64,000 bases of DNA from Archaeoglobus sp. JdFR-37 (lineage in GTDB: Archaea; Halobacteriota; Archaeoglobi; Archaeoglobales; Archaeoglobaceae). Shown one piece after another: positions 51,731-62,816 of the stretch. The notes under the pieces were generated by a model. The model was not told the origin of the DNA, did no database searches, and saw only the letters and a program-made list of their open reading frames with translations. The stretch lies in the NCBI GenBank assembly GCA_002010215.1, contig MTMY01000021.1:1-64000 (forward strand). Reading direction: 5' to 3'. Numbering within the stretch: the stretch's first letter is position 1; each line of letters starts with the position of its first letter. Made by a program: the position numbers and the translations under genes.

Positions 51731-52396
51731 TCAAATCTCCGCGAGTCTCCCATTTTCTACCCTAACCCGTGCATAACCACTGGGAAGCTCTTCAAAGAGC
51801 GTTTGTGAAATTCCAAAAGTATAGACTTCCTCTCCAAAGGAATAGAGCTCATCCTCTCTTTTTATTATTACTTCAAGGTCGTGAAGTCTCCTAATAAAGT
51901 GATTTATCACCTCTTTATAAAAACCAGTCTCATCGAATCTCAATAAAGTAATACCTTCTGGCAAAAATGAATAAACCTTCAGCTGGTTAAAGTTACTTAT
52001 AGAGTCACCATAAAACAGCTCTCCCATGTAAAAGCCAAGGAATATTACTACATCCTGAATTTTAAGTTTTTCGAGGATTTCTGAAAGCCTTTCAGACACG
52101 CTCTCGGCATCATTGGATAGGGGGATATATTCATACAGCTCACCAAATCTAATGTCATCGTTGTGTCCAATTTTTATCACATATGTATCCTCATACCCCC
52201 CTATTTTTTCAAATAACAATTCAAAGTTTCGCCAGATGAGATCAGTGAAAGCAACAAAGATCTTCCTTTTGGATGAGAAAACAGGCAGATAGTGATTGAG
52301 AAGATATATCGAGGCTGGATACCAAGAATCGAACAGTAACCTTACTCTCTTCCCCTCAAATTTAGACGTGATTTCATCAATTCTATCAGAGCTCAT
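51731..52396 (-). CDS. Degenerate RecA/KaiC-like fold protein (DUF257-like)
   Basis: Length and beta/alpha pattern resemble the family; no intact Walker A. Confidence 0.45.
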   Translation of the reverse strand: MSSDRIDEITSKFEGKRVRLLFDSWYPASIYLLNHYLPVFSSKRKIFVAFTDLIWRNFELLFEKIGGYEDTYVIKIGHNDDIRFGELYEYIPLSNDAESVSERLSEILEKLKIQDVVIFLGFYMGELFYGDSISNFNQLKVYSFLPEGITLLRFDETGFYKEVINHFIRRLHDLEVIIKREDELYSFGEEVYTFGISQTLFEELPSGYARVRVENGRLAEI

Positions 52397-52438
52397 GATA
52401 ATGATATAGTGATGATGAATAAAAGCTTTTCGATTTTA

Positions 52439-52669
52439 CTAGGTGCTTTCCTCAACAACCCTCACACACCCAGTTGGACAGACGAACTCGCATTTCTTGC
52501 ATCCCACACACAGCTCCTGTTTTGCTGGGTATGGAATCTGCCTCCTGATCTTTCTGCCCAGAAAGCTGAACTCCACCACTCTCCACTCCCAGACACCTCT
52601 GCTGCATACAGCTATGCACTCTCCAGCACCTCCACACCTTCTTGCATCAAACTGAATTTCATAGCTCAT
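52439..52669 (-). CDS. Small ferredoxin
   Basis: CGGAGECIAVC (one Cys missing) and CVGCKKCEFVCP. Confidence 0.85.
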   Translation of the reverse strand: MSYEIQFDARRCGGAGECIAVCSRGVWEWRVVEFSFLGRKIRRQIPYPAKQELCVGCKKCEFVCPTGCVRVVEEST

Positions 52670-52761
52670 GATTTTACCGGATTTTAGCAACGCAATAAAA
52701 ACCAATTCCGGGTATGCAAGGTGATGCAAAAACAGATAAAGGTATTAGAATAACTACGAAC

Positions 52762-53700
52762 ATGCTAAAGAGGGTTGCTGCTCAAATTAGAGAGTATGCT
52801 GGCGTCAGAAGAAAGATTTATGCTGGAAAACTCTGCCAGATGATGAATGTAAAGCAGTTTGGTGATGACGCGGCAATTATTGATGTGGGGCTGGAAGAAG
52901 AGTACATTCTTTTTGCTGCCGATGGGGTATGGGAGGCTGTGCTGGAAGTTGATCCTTGGTGGGGTGGTTTTGTCTCAATTCTTGTGAATGTTCACGATAT
53001 TTTTGCAATGGGCGGAAAACCTCTTTATGCCAGTGACATCATGTCTTTCGTGACAGAAGAGGACTTCAGGTTGATGGTAGAAGGTATAAGAGAAGCAAGC
53101 CTGAAATACGGTGTTCCGGTTATTACCGGCCACATCCACCCCTTCGCATCTCAAAATTCCATCAGCGTTTCTATGACAGGAGTAGTGGATAAGCAGAGCC
53201 TGATCAGATCCAATACAGCAAAACCAGGAGATGAGATAGTTGTTGCAGTAGATACAGATGGAGAACAGCATCCAAAGCTCCGCTACAACTTCGACTCAAC
53301 CAGAAAGGAGTCAGAAGTCCTCAGAACTCAGCTTGAGTCAATGGTGGAATTAGGAATGAAAAAGGCTGTTACAGCCGGGAAGGACATAAGCAACGCAGGA
53401 GTTGTAGGAACTGCAGCGATGATGATGGAAGTAAGCGGTGTTGGTGGAGTTATTGACGTGTATGCTCTACCAAAGCCTGAAAATGTCAGTCTGGAGGACT
53501 GGTTGAAAACGTATCCCGGCTGCGGATTCATTGTCACTGCAGAGGATGGAGAGAAGGCTGTAAAGATATTCAGAAAGCACAAACTGGATGCAGCGATTGT
53601 AGGGAGAGTAGATGAAACGAAGAAGGTAAGACTAAAAGCTGAAGGTGAAGAAGTGACAGTCTTTGACTTTGAAAAAGAATCTGTGCTAGGCTTAAGATGA
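52762..53700 (+). CDS. AIR synthase-related protein (methanogenesis marker 2-like)
   Basis: GDDAA, FAADG, VNVHDIFAMGG and AGKDISNAG motifs. Confidence 0.75.
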   Translation: MLKRVAAQIREYAGVRRKIYAGKLCQMMNVKQFGDDAAIIDVGLEEEYILFAADGVWEAVLEVDPWWGGFVSILVNVHDIFAMGGKPLYASDIMSFVTEEDFRLMVEGIREASLKYGVPVITGHIHPFASQNSISVSMTGVVDKQSLIRSNTAKPGDEIVVAVDTDGEQHPKLRYNFDSTRKESEVLRTQLESMVELGMKKAVTAGKDISNAGVVGTAAMMMEVSGVGGVIDVYALPKPENVSLEDWLKTYPGCGFIVTAEDGEKAVKIFRKHKLDAAIVGRVDETKKVRLKAEGEEVTVFDFEKESVLGLR

Positions 53701-53748
53701 GTTGCTGCTAGTTCCGGAACTTAGAAACAAGTAATCAGAGTAAAGTAA

Positions 53749-54471
53749 TCAGAGTAGCAAAGTAATCAGAAAGACCACTAGATCTCCAATAAAAGTAGCT
53801 AGCAGGAATCCGGCAGTTATAAAAATCAGGAAGGGTAGCTGTGGGGTTGCCCAGACCTTCTTGCAGCCAACTTTTTTCAAAGCTTCTAGCTCATCCCCTT
53901 CTGACCCTTCCGGTCCTTCTGGATCGATCCCTCTCCTGAGGTTGACGACCTTTCCATCCCTGACTGCCTGAAGGAGATTATGAAATTTGGGAAAATTCGT
54001 CACCTCAACCCGGTATCCGAATAAAAAACCTATAGGATGCTCTTTCAGTCCTGAATACCCTTCTCTTATGAGATTTCTTATGGCAAACACAACAACCATG
54101 AACGGTGCAGCAATGACGGAATTTGAGAGTGTTGAGAATGCGAATATCCCAAAACCTTTATTCAGAATGGGGAATGGAGGTATTTCCGGATAGAATGGAA
54201 AGGTTATTGCTATGACTATAAGGGCTTTTGCATCAGCTCCTCCATAAGCGCCGATCCGATAAAAGAGATACGCCAGAGTGACCATAAAAATCGATCCACC
54301 GGCACCAAAAATCAGTTGATGAACAGTTTTGGATAAAGCCTCATAAACAGTGAAAGGAATCAGCATTACGAACATCCACTTCCATACTTTATTCGGAATT
54401 CTCCTTTCTTTCAGATCAAGAGTGCAAGAATAGAAAAGGAATGCAGATGCTATGGCTATTTTGATCCACAT
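53749..54471 (-). CDS. flaK: Preflagellin/prepilin peptidase (A24)
   Basis: DLKERRIPN, GGADAK and VWATPQLPF motifs. Confidence 0.88.
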   Translation of the reverse strand: MWIKIAIASAFLFYSCTLDLKERRIPNKVWKWMFVMLIPFTVYEALSKTVHQLIFGAGGSIFMVTLAYLFYRIGAYGGADAKALIVIAITFPFYPEIPPFPILNKGFGIFAFSTLSNSVIAAPFMVVVFAIRNLIREGYSGLKEHPIGFLFGYRVEVTNFPKFHNLLQAVRDGKVVNLRRGIDPEGPEGSEGDELEALKKVGCKKVWATPQLPFLIFITAGFLLATFIGDLVVFLITLLL

Positions 54472-55463
54472 CTGGACAGCTCCACAAAATCTGAGAGCAT
54501 GGCACTTGCAGTTTCACTGCTTCCTGCCCCCCTACCCATTACAACAACCTCCCCTGCAAGGTCTGTTTGAATCAATGCAGCGTTCAATGTTCCATATACA
54601 CATAGGGGGCTGTTGAATGGCACGAGACGTGGAGAGACCCGCAACTCATCTCTGGTTGCTTCAGCAATCAGCCTTATGGTGTAGCCCTTCATGGCTGCGA
54701 TTTCGAAGGCCTCGGGAGTTATGCTAGAGATACCAGTCCTCTCCACATCGCTGAAAGTGGCATTTGAATTCATCAGAGAATTTGCAAGGATGACGAGTTT
54801 TGCTGCCGCATCTATACCCTCTACATCGTAGGTTGGGTCTGCTTCAGCTATCCCCAGCTCTTGAGCTTCGCTGAGTATCTGGGAGTAGGGCATCTTCTCC
54901 TGCTCCATTCTGGAAAGGATGTAATTGCAGGTACCGTTTAGAATTCCCTTTATAGAGAGCACTTCATTTCCGGCAAGCTCGTTCTTAACAAGCTTTATTA
55001 TGGGCATCGCTCCCCCAACAGTAGCCTCATACATAAGTTTCGCACCGGTTTTTTTTGCTGTTTTCATCAGTTCTTTGTATCCCACTACCAGCGGACCCTT
55101 GTTGGAAGTTATGACATCTACGCCATTCTCCAAGGCAAGTTTTATGTGGCTCAATCCCGGTTCTCCTGTCTCAACGTTCGTAGGCGTACATTCAAAAAGT
55201 ATATCGATGCGATCTATGATGTCTTCCACAGTCAGCTCTTCAGGTAATCGCCCCTCCTTTTCCTTGATGCGTATAGCCTCAAAAACGTCAACACCTTCCT
55301 CGCTGTAAATCCCACCCTTGGAATCGCATATAGCCGCAATTCTGTAATCGCCAGCTCTCTTTATCAGTACATCCTTTTTGGTTACAAGAGCCTTCGCAAG
55401 GCCTCTCCCAACAACACCGAATCCAGCGATAGCAACTCGTTTCAAACCTTTCACGTCTTTCAT
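54456..55463 (-). CDS. hom: Homoserine dehydrogenase
   Basis: GFGVVG, EATVGGAMP, NGTCNYIL and EADPTYDVEG motifs. Confidence 0.95.
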   Translation of the reverse strand: MKDVKGLKRVAIAGFGVVGRGLAKALVTKKDVLIKRAGDYRIAAICDSKGGIYSEEGVDVFEAIRIKEKEGRLPEELTVEDIIDRIDILFECTPTNVETGEPGLSHIKLALENGVDVITSNKGPLVVGYKELMKTAKKTGAKLMYEATVGGAMPIIKLVKNELAGNEVLSIKGILNGTCNYILSRMEQEKMPYSQILSEAQELGIAEADPTYDVEGIDAAAKLVILANSLMNSNATFSDVERTGISSITPEAFEIAAMKGYTIRLIAEATRDELRVSPRLVPFNSPLCVYGTLNAALIQTDLAGEVVVMGRGAGSSETASAMLSDFVELSRCGSK

Positions 55464-55978
55464 GCGAGATCCTCGTTTAGCGGTTCAATCACCATAATAT
55501 CTTTCTTTCTACACGTCTCCTTCAGCAGTGATACTGCTTTTTTCAGCTCATCTTTTCCAGTAGCGGAAACGGTAACCATGGCAGTTGAAGGCTCATTCAC
55601 TTCAGGCATACTGATGTGCATCTCCACAACCTCAGCAAAGCCCGTGGCATCTATGGTATTTACGGTGTCGCTAAGGTCAGTGTGGATTATGTGACCGACA
55701 AGAAGTAGGGAAGTGCTGGCTACAAGTCTTACCTCGTTGTAGGCCTTTACCACCACTCCATTTCTTTTCAGCGCCTCAATAAGCTCTTCAACCCTACCTT
55801 CATCTATCTTTACAGAGATTTCAACGCTGATTCTTTCCAGGGGTGAAACTCTATCTCTTTTATGCACAACACCGATAATGTTTCCTCCAAGCCTAGAGAT
55901 GGGCTCTATTGCCCTTAAAAGCTGTCCAGGCTTGTCTTTCAGCTCTAAAACCAAAGAAAGCAGCACCTGTATTTTCAC
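55460..55978 (-). CDS. ACT-domain protein (putative allosteric subunit of Hom)
   Basis: LKDKPGQL and GHIIHTD motifs; overlaps the hom start. Confidence 0.85.
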   Translation of the reverse strand: MKIQVLLSLVLELKDKPGQLLRAIEPISRLGGNIIGVVHKRDRVSPLERISVEISVKIDEGRVEELIEALKRNGVVVKAYNEVRLVASTSLLLVGHIIHTDLSDTVNTIDATGFAEVVEMHISMPEVNEPSTAMVTVSATGKDELKKAVSLLKETCRKKDIMVIEPLNEDLA

Positions 55979-55981
55979 CCC

Positions 55982-56866
55982 TTACTCATCGTATATGGGA
56001 ACTCCCTCAGTTTCTGTAAGCTTCTTGAATTCCTCCATAAGCTTTTTCGTTAGCTCTCCGGGTTTGCCATCTCCGACAACTCTACCATCAATGTAGGTTA
56101 TGGGAGCTATTTCCGCTGCAGTGCCGGTAACGAATATCTCATCGGCAGAGTAGAGGTCATAAAGTCCGATGTTTGCCTCCTGGAACGGTATACCGAGTTT
56201 ACGAATTAACTCGATGGCAACAGCTCTCGTTATCCCCCTCAGGTTGTTGATGGTCGGAGGAGTTATAACTGCCCCGTTTTTCACAACAAATATATTGTCT
56301 CCGCTGCCTTCTGAAATGTATCCATTATGATCCAGAAATATTGCTTCATCCCCACCCTTCGCGTTGGCTTCAATTTTTGCAAGGATGTTGTTGAGGTAGT
56401 TAAGGGATTTAATATTAGGAGGCAGAGAGTCGATGGGGTTCCTTCTGATTGCCACAGTAATAGCTCTGAGACCTTTCTCGTATAGATCGCCATACAGTCT
56501 GTCCCACTCCTGAGTTATGACGATGATGGATGGGTTCACACACTTGTCTGGATCCAGTCCCAGATCACCGATCCCCCTTGTGACTATCGGGCGGATGTAG
56601 GCGTTTCTCAATTTGTTTCTCCTCAAGGTTTCAAGAATGATTTCAGCAAATTCCTCCTTTGAAACGGGTATCTTGAGCTTTATCACCTTTGCACAGTCGT
56701 AAAGCCTGTCAAGATGTTCCATAAGTTTGAAAACCCTGCCATTATAGGCTCTGATTCCCTCAAATACTCCGTCACCATAAAGGAATCCGTGATCAAACAC
56801 GCTGATTTTCGCTTCGCTAGCCGGGATAAATTTGCCATCGACATACACCAGCAAGTCATCGCCCAT
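55982..56866 (-). CDS. ilvE: Branched-chain amino acid aminotransferase
   Basis: [20 protein letters not shown] and TGTAAE motifs. Confidence 0.96.
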   Translation of the reverse strand: MGDDLLVYVDGKFIPASEAKISVFDHGFLYGDGVFEGIRAYNGRVFKLMEHLDRLYDCAKVIKLKIPVSKEEFAEIILETLRRNKLRNAYIRPIVTRGIGDLGLDPDKCVNPSIIVITQEWDRLYGDLYEKGLRAITVAIRRNPIDSLPPNIKSLNYLNNILAKIEANAKGGDEAIFLDHNGYISEGSGDNIFVVKNGAVITPPTINNLRGITRAVAIELIRKLGIPFQEANIGLYDLYSADEIFVTGTAAEIAPITYIDGRVVGDGKPGELTKKLMEEFKKLTETEGVPIYDE

Positions 56867-57056
56867 AGTAGAACACCGAGTTAGCGAAAGGGTGACAATA
56901 TAATAAGTTTTTCTGTTGGCCTTCTGTCAAGTATTTCTGGCACCAAGTGTTCATAAATAATCTATAATCATAAAGGTCATTTCCCCCTTTGATATTCTTC
57001 CTTCGATAATCCTACATTTTTTAGACCTTCTTGAGATTTATCAACATTAAACAGCT

Positions 57057-57272
57057 TCAACAACTTCTACCCAGCTTGCTCAGCGGGCAGAATCCTGTTA
57101 CTGCGACTATAACCGGAATCAAGCCCAGCAACCCGAACCACGATTTAAAGTAGATTCCTGCCAAGATTATTGTAAGTCCAGCAGATAATCTACCAATTCT
57201 TTTCAATTTTGTGTGTTTTTCACTACTTTCAATGCCACACTCTGCAAATTTTGAGTTTACCATAATATTCAA
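57057..57272 (-). CDS. DUF2892 (YgaP-like) small membrane protein; N-terminus atypical
   Basis: R...G...WFGLLGLIP...GFCPL motif. Confidence 0.6.
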   Translation of the reverse strand: MNIMVNSKFAECGIESSEKHTKLKRIGRLSAGLTIILAGIYFKSWFGLLGLIPVIVAVTGFCPLSKLGRSC

Positions 57273-57394
57273 TCCGTTTTCTCAGATAAAAAGAGTGCCG
57301 GGAGAATGTTTTCAGAACTCACCACCGTTTCTGGTAAAAAGTTCCATATTACACAAGCCGGAAACGTTAAAAAGCTCAGTTTACATTTTTCAAC

Positions 57395-58696
57395 ATGGAA
57401 AAACCTATCCTTCAGGTAGCCCTTGATCTGGTGGAATTGAAAAGAGCTATTGAGATTGCTGGCGAGGCTATTGAAGGTGGTGCTGACTGGCTTGAGGTCG
57501 GTACGCCCCTCATAAAGAGCGAGGGGATGGATGCAGTTAGGGAGATCAAAAAGAGGTACAGAGATCACGTAATTTTGGCAGACATGAAGACAATCGACAC
57601 CGGTGCTGTTGAGGTAGAAATGGCTGCAAAAAGCGGGGCAGACATTGTTATAATCCTCGCTTTGAGCGACGATTCTACAATAGCTGAAGCGATAAGAGCA
57701 GCTAGGAAATACGGAAGTCAGATAATGGTGGACCTGATAAATGTGCCCGATCCTGTCAGCAGAGCCAAGGAGCTGGAAGAGCTGGGAGTGGATTACATAA
57801 ACGTTCATGTTGGGATTGATCAGCAGATGAAGGGGATGGACCCTCTTGACATCCTTTCCAAGATTGTTGAGTCCGTAAATATCCCAGTTGCAGGAGCAGG
57901 TGGACTTGATGCTGAAAAGGCAGCCACATGCGTAAGCTTAGGAGCAAGCATAGTGATAGTGGGAAGCAACATAGTGAAGTCCAGAAATGTAACAGAATCA
58001 GCCAAGAAAGTCAGAAAGGCCATAGATGAAGCTTGGCAGAGCGGAGCAAAAGTGGAACTGAAAAGAAGAGGGTTAGAAGAAGAAATAAGAAACATTCTGT
58101 TGCAGGTTTCGACACCAAACATCAGTGATGCCATGCACAGAGCAAAGGCCATGAGAGACGTTTATCCCCTAATTAGAGGAAAGAAAATTGTCGGAAAAGC
58201 TGTTACTGTTCACACCATGGATGGAGATTGGGCAAAGGCCGTTGAGGCCATAGACATTGCTGGTAAGGGAGAAGTCATAGTGATAAAGTGCTCAGGTGAC
58301 ACAGCAGCGGTTTGGGGGGAGCTTGCAACAAGGAGCTGCATAAACAAGGGCATTGAGGGAGTGATAATAGACGGTGCTGTAAGAGATGTTGACGACATTC
58401 GAGAACTTGGCTACCCCCTCTTCGCCAAAAGAGAGGTGCCAAATGCAGGAGAGCCAAAGGGGTTCGGTGAGATTAATGTCAAGATCACTTGTGGCGGCAT
58501 CGAAGTAAATCCGGGAGACTGGATCGTGGCAGATGACAACGGCGTAATGGTGATTCCGAAAGAGAGGGCATACGAGATAGCAAGGAGGGCCTTAGAGGTT
58601 AAGAAACATGAGGAGAGGATCAGGGGTGAGATAGAGGACAAGGGAAGAACGCTGGCGGAGATAGTGGAACTATACAAGTGGGAGAAGGTGCAGTGA
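57395..58696 (+). CDS. Hexulose-6-phosphate synthase-like domain fused to an RraA/MenG-like domain
   Basis: LQVALD, EVGTPL, DMKTID and HVGID motifs; C-terminal [13 protein letters not shown] and GAVRD. Confidence 0.9.
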   Translation: MEKPILQVALDLVELKRAIEIAGEAIEGGADWLEVGTPLIKSEGMDAVREIKKRYRDHVILADMKTIDTGAVEVEMAAKSGADIVIILALSDDSTIAEAIRAARKYGSQIMVDLINVPDPVSRAKELEELGVDYINVHVGIDQQMKGMDPLDILSKIVESVNIPVAGAGGLDAEKAATCVSLGASIVIVGSNIVKSRNVTESAKKVRKAIDEAWQSGAKVELKRRGLEEEIRNILLQVSTPNISDAMHRAKAMRDVYPLIRGKKIVGKAVTVHTMDGDWAKAVEAIDIAGKGEVIVIKCSGDTAAVWGELATRSCINKGIEGVIIDGAVRDVDDIRELGYPLFAKREVPNAGEPKGFGEINVKITCGGIEVNPGDWIVADDNGVMVIPKERAYEIARRALEVKKHEERIRGEIEDKGRTLAEIVELYKWEKVQ

Positions 58697-58785
58697 TTTG
58701 GTTGTTATTATCCACTTATTTTATCCTACCTTTCTCAAAATTTATCCTGCCCACCCAGCCCCTCCTCCGTCCCGAAATTTCAAGG

Positions 58786-59547
58786 TTAATTATGTTTTTT
58801 AATTAGATTCTCCAATAAATCCATAACGCCATCAAAAGTGTATTCCTCAGGCATCACGGCCTCAACACCATAGCTGTGAAGCTCATCCCTTGTAGGTGGC
58901 CCGATGGCAACTGTAATGATTTCATTCAGTGCTCTGATTGCTTCACCCTTCACTTTGAGCTCCTCAGCTACCTCCATAAAAGCCTGAACCATCATTCTGC
59001 TGGAGAAAACCGCAGCATCTACTTCTTTATTCACCACTGCCAGAACCGCTTTTTTTTGCTCTTCCCCCTTCAGCTTCACAATCCGGTAAACTGGAATTTC
59101 CTGAACTTCAGCAACTTCCTTCAGCTTCAGCAGCACCTCATTCCCCTTATCACTCCTCAAAATCGCCACCTTTCTGCCTCTCAGCTCCTCCCTGAAGTGA
59201 GCATAAATGCTTCCAGAATCAAATTTTGGAGGTATTCTCGGTTCAACATCTGCTTTTCTGAGAATGCTGGCAGTTTTCTTCCCAATTGCTATAACTTCTC
59301 TGTCCTGAAATATCTCAGGAGCCCTTTCAAGCAGTATCGAGGCGGAGGTTTGACTCGTTATTATTATGATCTCAGCATCAAGCCCTTCAAGCTTTTCCAA
59401 AGCCTCTTCGTCAACTTCAGCTCCAATAAATGGAATTGTGAGCACTTCAAATCCCTTCTCCTCCATCATCCTTCTGGTCTCTTCAAGATATTCTGCTGGT
59501 CTGAAGAGGGCAACCTTGAAGCTTCTCACCCTTCTGCCTCCTGTCAT
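58786..59547 (-). CDS. hemD: Uroporphyrinogen-III synthase
   Basis: TS, AIGKKTA, FSS and AIGPPT motifs. Confidence 0.88.
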   Translation of the reverse strand: MTGGRRVRSFKVALFRPAEYLEETRRMMEEKGFEVLTIPFIGAEVDEEALEKLEGLDAEIIIITSQTSASILLERAPEIFQDREVIAIGKKTASILRKADVEPRIPPKFDSGSIYAHFREELRGRKVAILRSDKGNEVLLKLKEVAEVQEIPVYRIVKLKGEEQKKAVLAVVNKEVDAAVFSSRMMVQAFMEVAEELKVKGEAIRALNEIITVAIGPPTRDELHSYGVEAVMPEEYTFDGVMDLLENLIKKHN

Positions 59548-59609
59548 TCCTTCTGCTGGAGTATAAACGCCACCAGCAGCCCAAAGCTTATATTTCCAAG
59601 GCTGAACTG

Positions 59610-60389
59610 ATGCACATGCCGCACTTGCTGGAAGTGCTTTTGTCGGGCATAAAACTTTTTGTCAGAAATCTGAAAATCGTAATTCCACCCATCATTCTTT
59701 CATTCATGATATACCTCTTCCTTGCCATTGGACTTGCCAGTATCATCCCTCAGGAGAAGCTTGTAGAGCTTGAAGAGTTAGCAGAAAAGAGTGAGGAGCA
59801 GATAATCAGAGAGATGTACGACATTGTCATGCTGAATCCCGTTAAATTCTTTATAGCGTTCATCATCTTTGGTTCCATAGCTTTTGTAATCATGATTTAT
59901 ATAGTGGCTGGAATGGTAGGGGCATCGCTTAAAATTGCCAAGTTCGGAACTTTCACTTTCAACGAATTTTTCTACTTTGGATACATCTATACTCCAAGAA
60001 TGCTAGCACTGGAGTTGCTCATATCCGTTGCGATATTGGCAGCCTCTCTGCCCTTCCTCATTCTCACCGGAGTTATGGGCTCAGTCGTCCCCGTCCTGAT
60101 ATCTGCAGCAGCTATCATTGTAGTTGCTGCCATAACCTTTCCATCTCGTTTCATTCTGGTGTTTCTCGATACAGGTGTTTTCAACGCTCTGGCAGCTTCA
60201 ATACGCTTCTCCATTAAAAAACCGTCCAGTCTGCTGCTGTTTATGCTGACAGTGATCATGATAGGCTTTTCATCCTTAATCCCGCTTCTCCAGCCCTTCG
60301 CATTCGCCCTGACTTCAATCTGGTACGCTATACTCGTAACTTCTTCAGCAGCTCTGTCTTCTGAAAGCTCTGAAGGTCAGACTGCCTGA
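59610..60389 (+). CDS. Polytopic membrane protein of unknown function
   Basis: Multiple hydrophobic segments. Confidence 0.7.
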   Translation: MHMPHLLEVLLSGIKLFVRNLKIVIPPIILSFMIYLFLAIGLASIIPQEKLVELEELAEKSEEQIIREMYDIVMLNPVKFFIAFIIFGSIAFVIMIYIVAGMVGASLKIAKFGTFTFNEFFYFGYIYTPRMLALELLISVAILAASLPFLILTGVMGSVVPVLISAAAIIVVAAITFPSRFILVFLDTGVFNALAASIRFSIKKPSSLLLFMLTVIMIGFSSLIPLLQPFAFALTSIWYAILVTSSAALSSESSEGQTA

Positions 60390-61359
60390 CAACTTCGTTC
60401 ATGAACTGAATCACTTCATCGTAGCTCTTCCTGTCAACAGGGAAAGGTACTCCATCCTTTCCGCCCAAGGCAAAGCTGTACTTTGCCGGGTCATGTCTGT
60501 CAAAATGATCGTTGTAAATGAGGTCCGATATAAGAGCCAGAGCCCTAACAGCCCCTTTGCCAAGCCCTTTTATGAGCAGAAGGTCTTCAAAGCGCTCTGG
60601 CTGGAGCTGATAGGCAGTCTCAACAGCCTTCCAGTCAATGCGTTTTGGAACGGCTAAACCCTCTTTATAGCGGGTTATGGATATAAGTTTGGAATAATCC
60701 CGTTTGAAAGTTCTGTCATTCACAACATCCAGTATTGTCTTCCGACACTCATCGCTTTTATCCGAAACAAGGTTCACAACTTCCTTCTCCTTTCTCTCTG
60801 CAGCGATACCAGAATGCACCTCTGAAATCTCCGGAATTTCATCGTGAGGATTCCAGTGATAGCGCCTTGCCAGTCGTTCCCTTTCGTTCATACCCTGTTG
60901 GATGATGGTGAAATGTCGGGGAGAGAAGATGACGGCGTGGTGGTAAAGGGTGTAGCCATCCTGAAGGGCCACATTATCCACCTTGGCAGCATATCTGCTT
61001 GCGGTGATGAGCTCATCAGCAGATATATCCAGCTCGTCACAAAATCTCTGAATATCTTCCGGCGTTGCAATGGCATTTTTGCCTTTCCCCCCAGCAACTC
61101 TTATCTCGAACTCGCTATCGTTCAGCACGCTCTTCAGAACACCTGTCATAACAGTCGTAACGCCTGAACTGTTCCAGTCGAAACCCAAAACATTGGAGAA
61201 ACTCTGGAAAAATATCGGGTCGGATATGCGCCTGAAAAACTCTCTCTCACCATATTCCTGAATAATTAACGTGATTATGGGTTTAGCAAGCTTCTTCATT
61301 CTGTTGAGGAGCCAATATGGTGCTTTTCCGTGATGGAGTGGGAGATATATTGAGGGCAT
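60328..61359 (-). CDS. DUF763-family protein
   Basis: LPLHHGKAP, GFDWNSSG.TT, AKVDNVALQDG and GGKDGVPFPV motifs. Confidence 0.85.
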   Translation of the reverse strand: MPSIYLPLHHGKAPYWLLNRMKKLAKPIITLIIQEYGEREFFRRISDPIFFQSFSNVLGFDWNSSGVTTVMTGVLKSVLNDSEFEIRVAGGKGKNAIATPEDIQRFCDELDISADELITASRYAAKVDNVALQDGYTLYHHAVIFSPRHFTIIQQGMNERERLARRYHWNPHDEIPEISEVHSGIAAERKEKEVVNLVSDKSDECRKTILDVVNDRTFKRDYSKLISITRYKEGLAVPKRIDWKAVETAYQLQPERFEDLLLIKGLGKGAVRALALISDLIYNDHFDRHDPAKYSFALGGKDGVPFPVDRKSYDEVIQFMNEVVRQSDLQSFQKTELLKKLRV

Positions 61360-61421
61360 TTGAAATTTTGTTGTAACAAGCGCAGTTAAATATTGTGTTC
61401 GGGTTCGTTTTACATGGGTTA

Positions 61422-62816
61422 TTAATCTTCTATCAAGCCGGTCTCACTAAACCTCTTCTCAAGCATCAGCGCAAAGTTCAAGATGGTGTTCTCACTGAAA
61501 TAGTCCCCCATTATCTGCAATCCCACAGGCAATCCCTTCACAAAACCAGCAGGCATGCTCAGCGCTGGGATGCCGGCCAGGTTTATGGCGACAGTATTCA
61601 CATCTGCCTTATACATGGTCAGGGGATCAGCCAGCTCTCCTATCCTGAAAGGCAGAGAGGGCATAGTGGGAGATATCAGCACATCAACTTGGCTGAAAGC
61701 CTTTTGGAAATCTCTTCTAACCAGTGTTCTGACCTTTAAAGCCTTGAGATAGTACTTCCCGTAATAGCCTGCTGAGAGGGCATAACTGCCCAGCATAATC
61801 CTTCGCTTTACTTCTTCGCCAAACCCCTCTGCTCTCACCTTTGAAAAGTACCTGCTCCAAGAGTCGAGTTCAGATGCTAAACCATACCTGACCCCATCAT
61901 ATCTAGCGAGGTTTGATGAGGCTTCACTCATGGCTATGACATAGTAGGCTGCAAGAGCATAGCGGAAAGAAGGCATGCTGACCTCCACAACCTCACCATC
62001 GGTCAAACCATTTAGCATTTCAAGGACTTCGCTGAATCTGCCCATCACCTCATCATTCCCGCCCATTTCCTTGACCACTCCAATTTTGAACTTCTTTTCA
62101 GTCTGACCTTTGAACTCAAAACTTCTTCCAGCATTGGTTGAATCTCTTGCATCCTTGCCTGCTATTACCTCAAGCAGCAGCGCAAGGTCTTCAACACTGC
62201 TAGCCATCGGCCCTATCTGCTCAAGACTGTTGGCATACGGAATCAAGCCGTATCTGGAGACCAATCCATAGGTGGGCTTCAGGCCGTAAACACCGCAAAA
62301 GCTGGCGGGACACCTTATACTCCCACCCGTATCGCTTCCAAGGGACATAACTGCTTCTTCTCCCGCAACAACAGCACCGCTTCCTCCACTGCTACCTCCA
62401 GCCACCCTGTCCTCGTCGTAAGGATTCCTGACAACGCCGAAAAATGAGGTTTCAGTCGTTGTTCCCATAGCAAACTCGTCCATGTTGGTCTTTCCGATGA
62501 TGATTGCCCCTTCAGCCTTCAGCCTCTCCACCACGTGGGCGTCGAAAGGCGGAACGTAATCGTGCAGTATTCTGGATGCGCAGGTTGTGCGGATGCCCTT
62601 CGTGGTGATATTATCCTTGATGGCAACAGGTATGCCGGCAAGCTTGCCTTTTAGTTCACCTTTGTCGTACTCCTCAGCCTTCCTTAATGCCTCATTCTCT
62701 ATAACAGTAATGTAAGCATTCAGCCTGCTCCTCTCAATTCTCTCCAGCATTTCGGAAACGAGATCGTAGCATTTCTCTGATTCAACCCTCTCTTTCCATT
62801 CTGCCACACCGATCAT
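61422..62816 (-). CDS. gatA: Glu/Asp-tRNA amidotransferase subunit A
   Basis: KDN, GKTNMDEFAMG, GGSSGGS and GSDTGGSIR motifs. Confidence 0.96.
   Translation of the reverse strand: MIGVAEWKERVESEKCYDLVSEMLERIERSRLNAYITVIENEALRKAEEYDKGELKGKLAGIPVAIKDNITTKGIRTTCASRILHDYVPPFDAHVVERLKAEGAIIIGKTNMDEFAMGTTTETSFFGVVRNPYDEDRVAGGSSGGSGAVVAGEEAVMSLGSDTGGSIRCPASFCGVYGLKPTYGLVSRYGLIPYANSLEQIGPMASSVEDLALLLEVIAGKDARDSTNAGRSFEFKGQTEKKFKIGVVKEMGGNDEVMGRFSEVLEMLNGLTDGEVVEVSMPSFRYALAAYYVIAMSEASSNLARYDGVRYGLASELDSWSRYFSKVRAEGFGEEVKRRIMLGSYALSAGYYGKYYLKALKVRTLVRRDFQKAFSQVDVLISPTMPSLPFRIGELADPLTMYKADVNTVAINLAGIPALSMPAGFVKGLPVGLQIMGDYFSENTILNFALMLEKRFSETGLIED

Noticed and set aside
53729..53772. Three copies of AAGTAATCAGA at the flaK 3' end
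   Set aside because: Short local tandem duplication without unique spacers; probably slippage or terminator sequence
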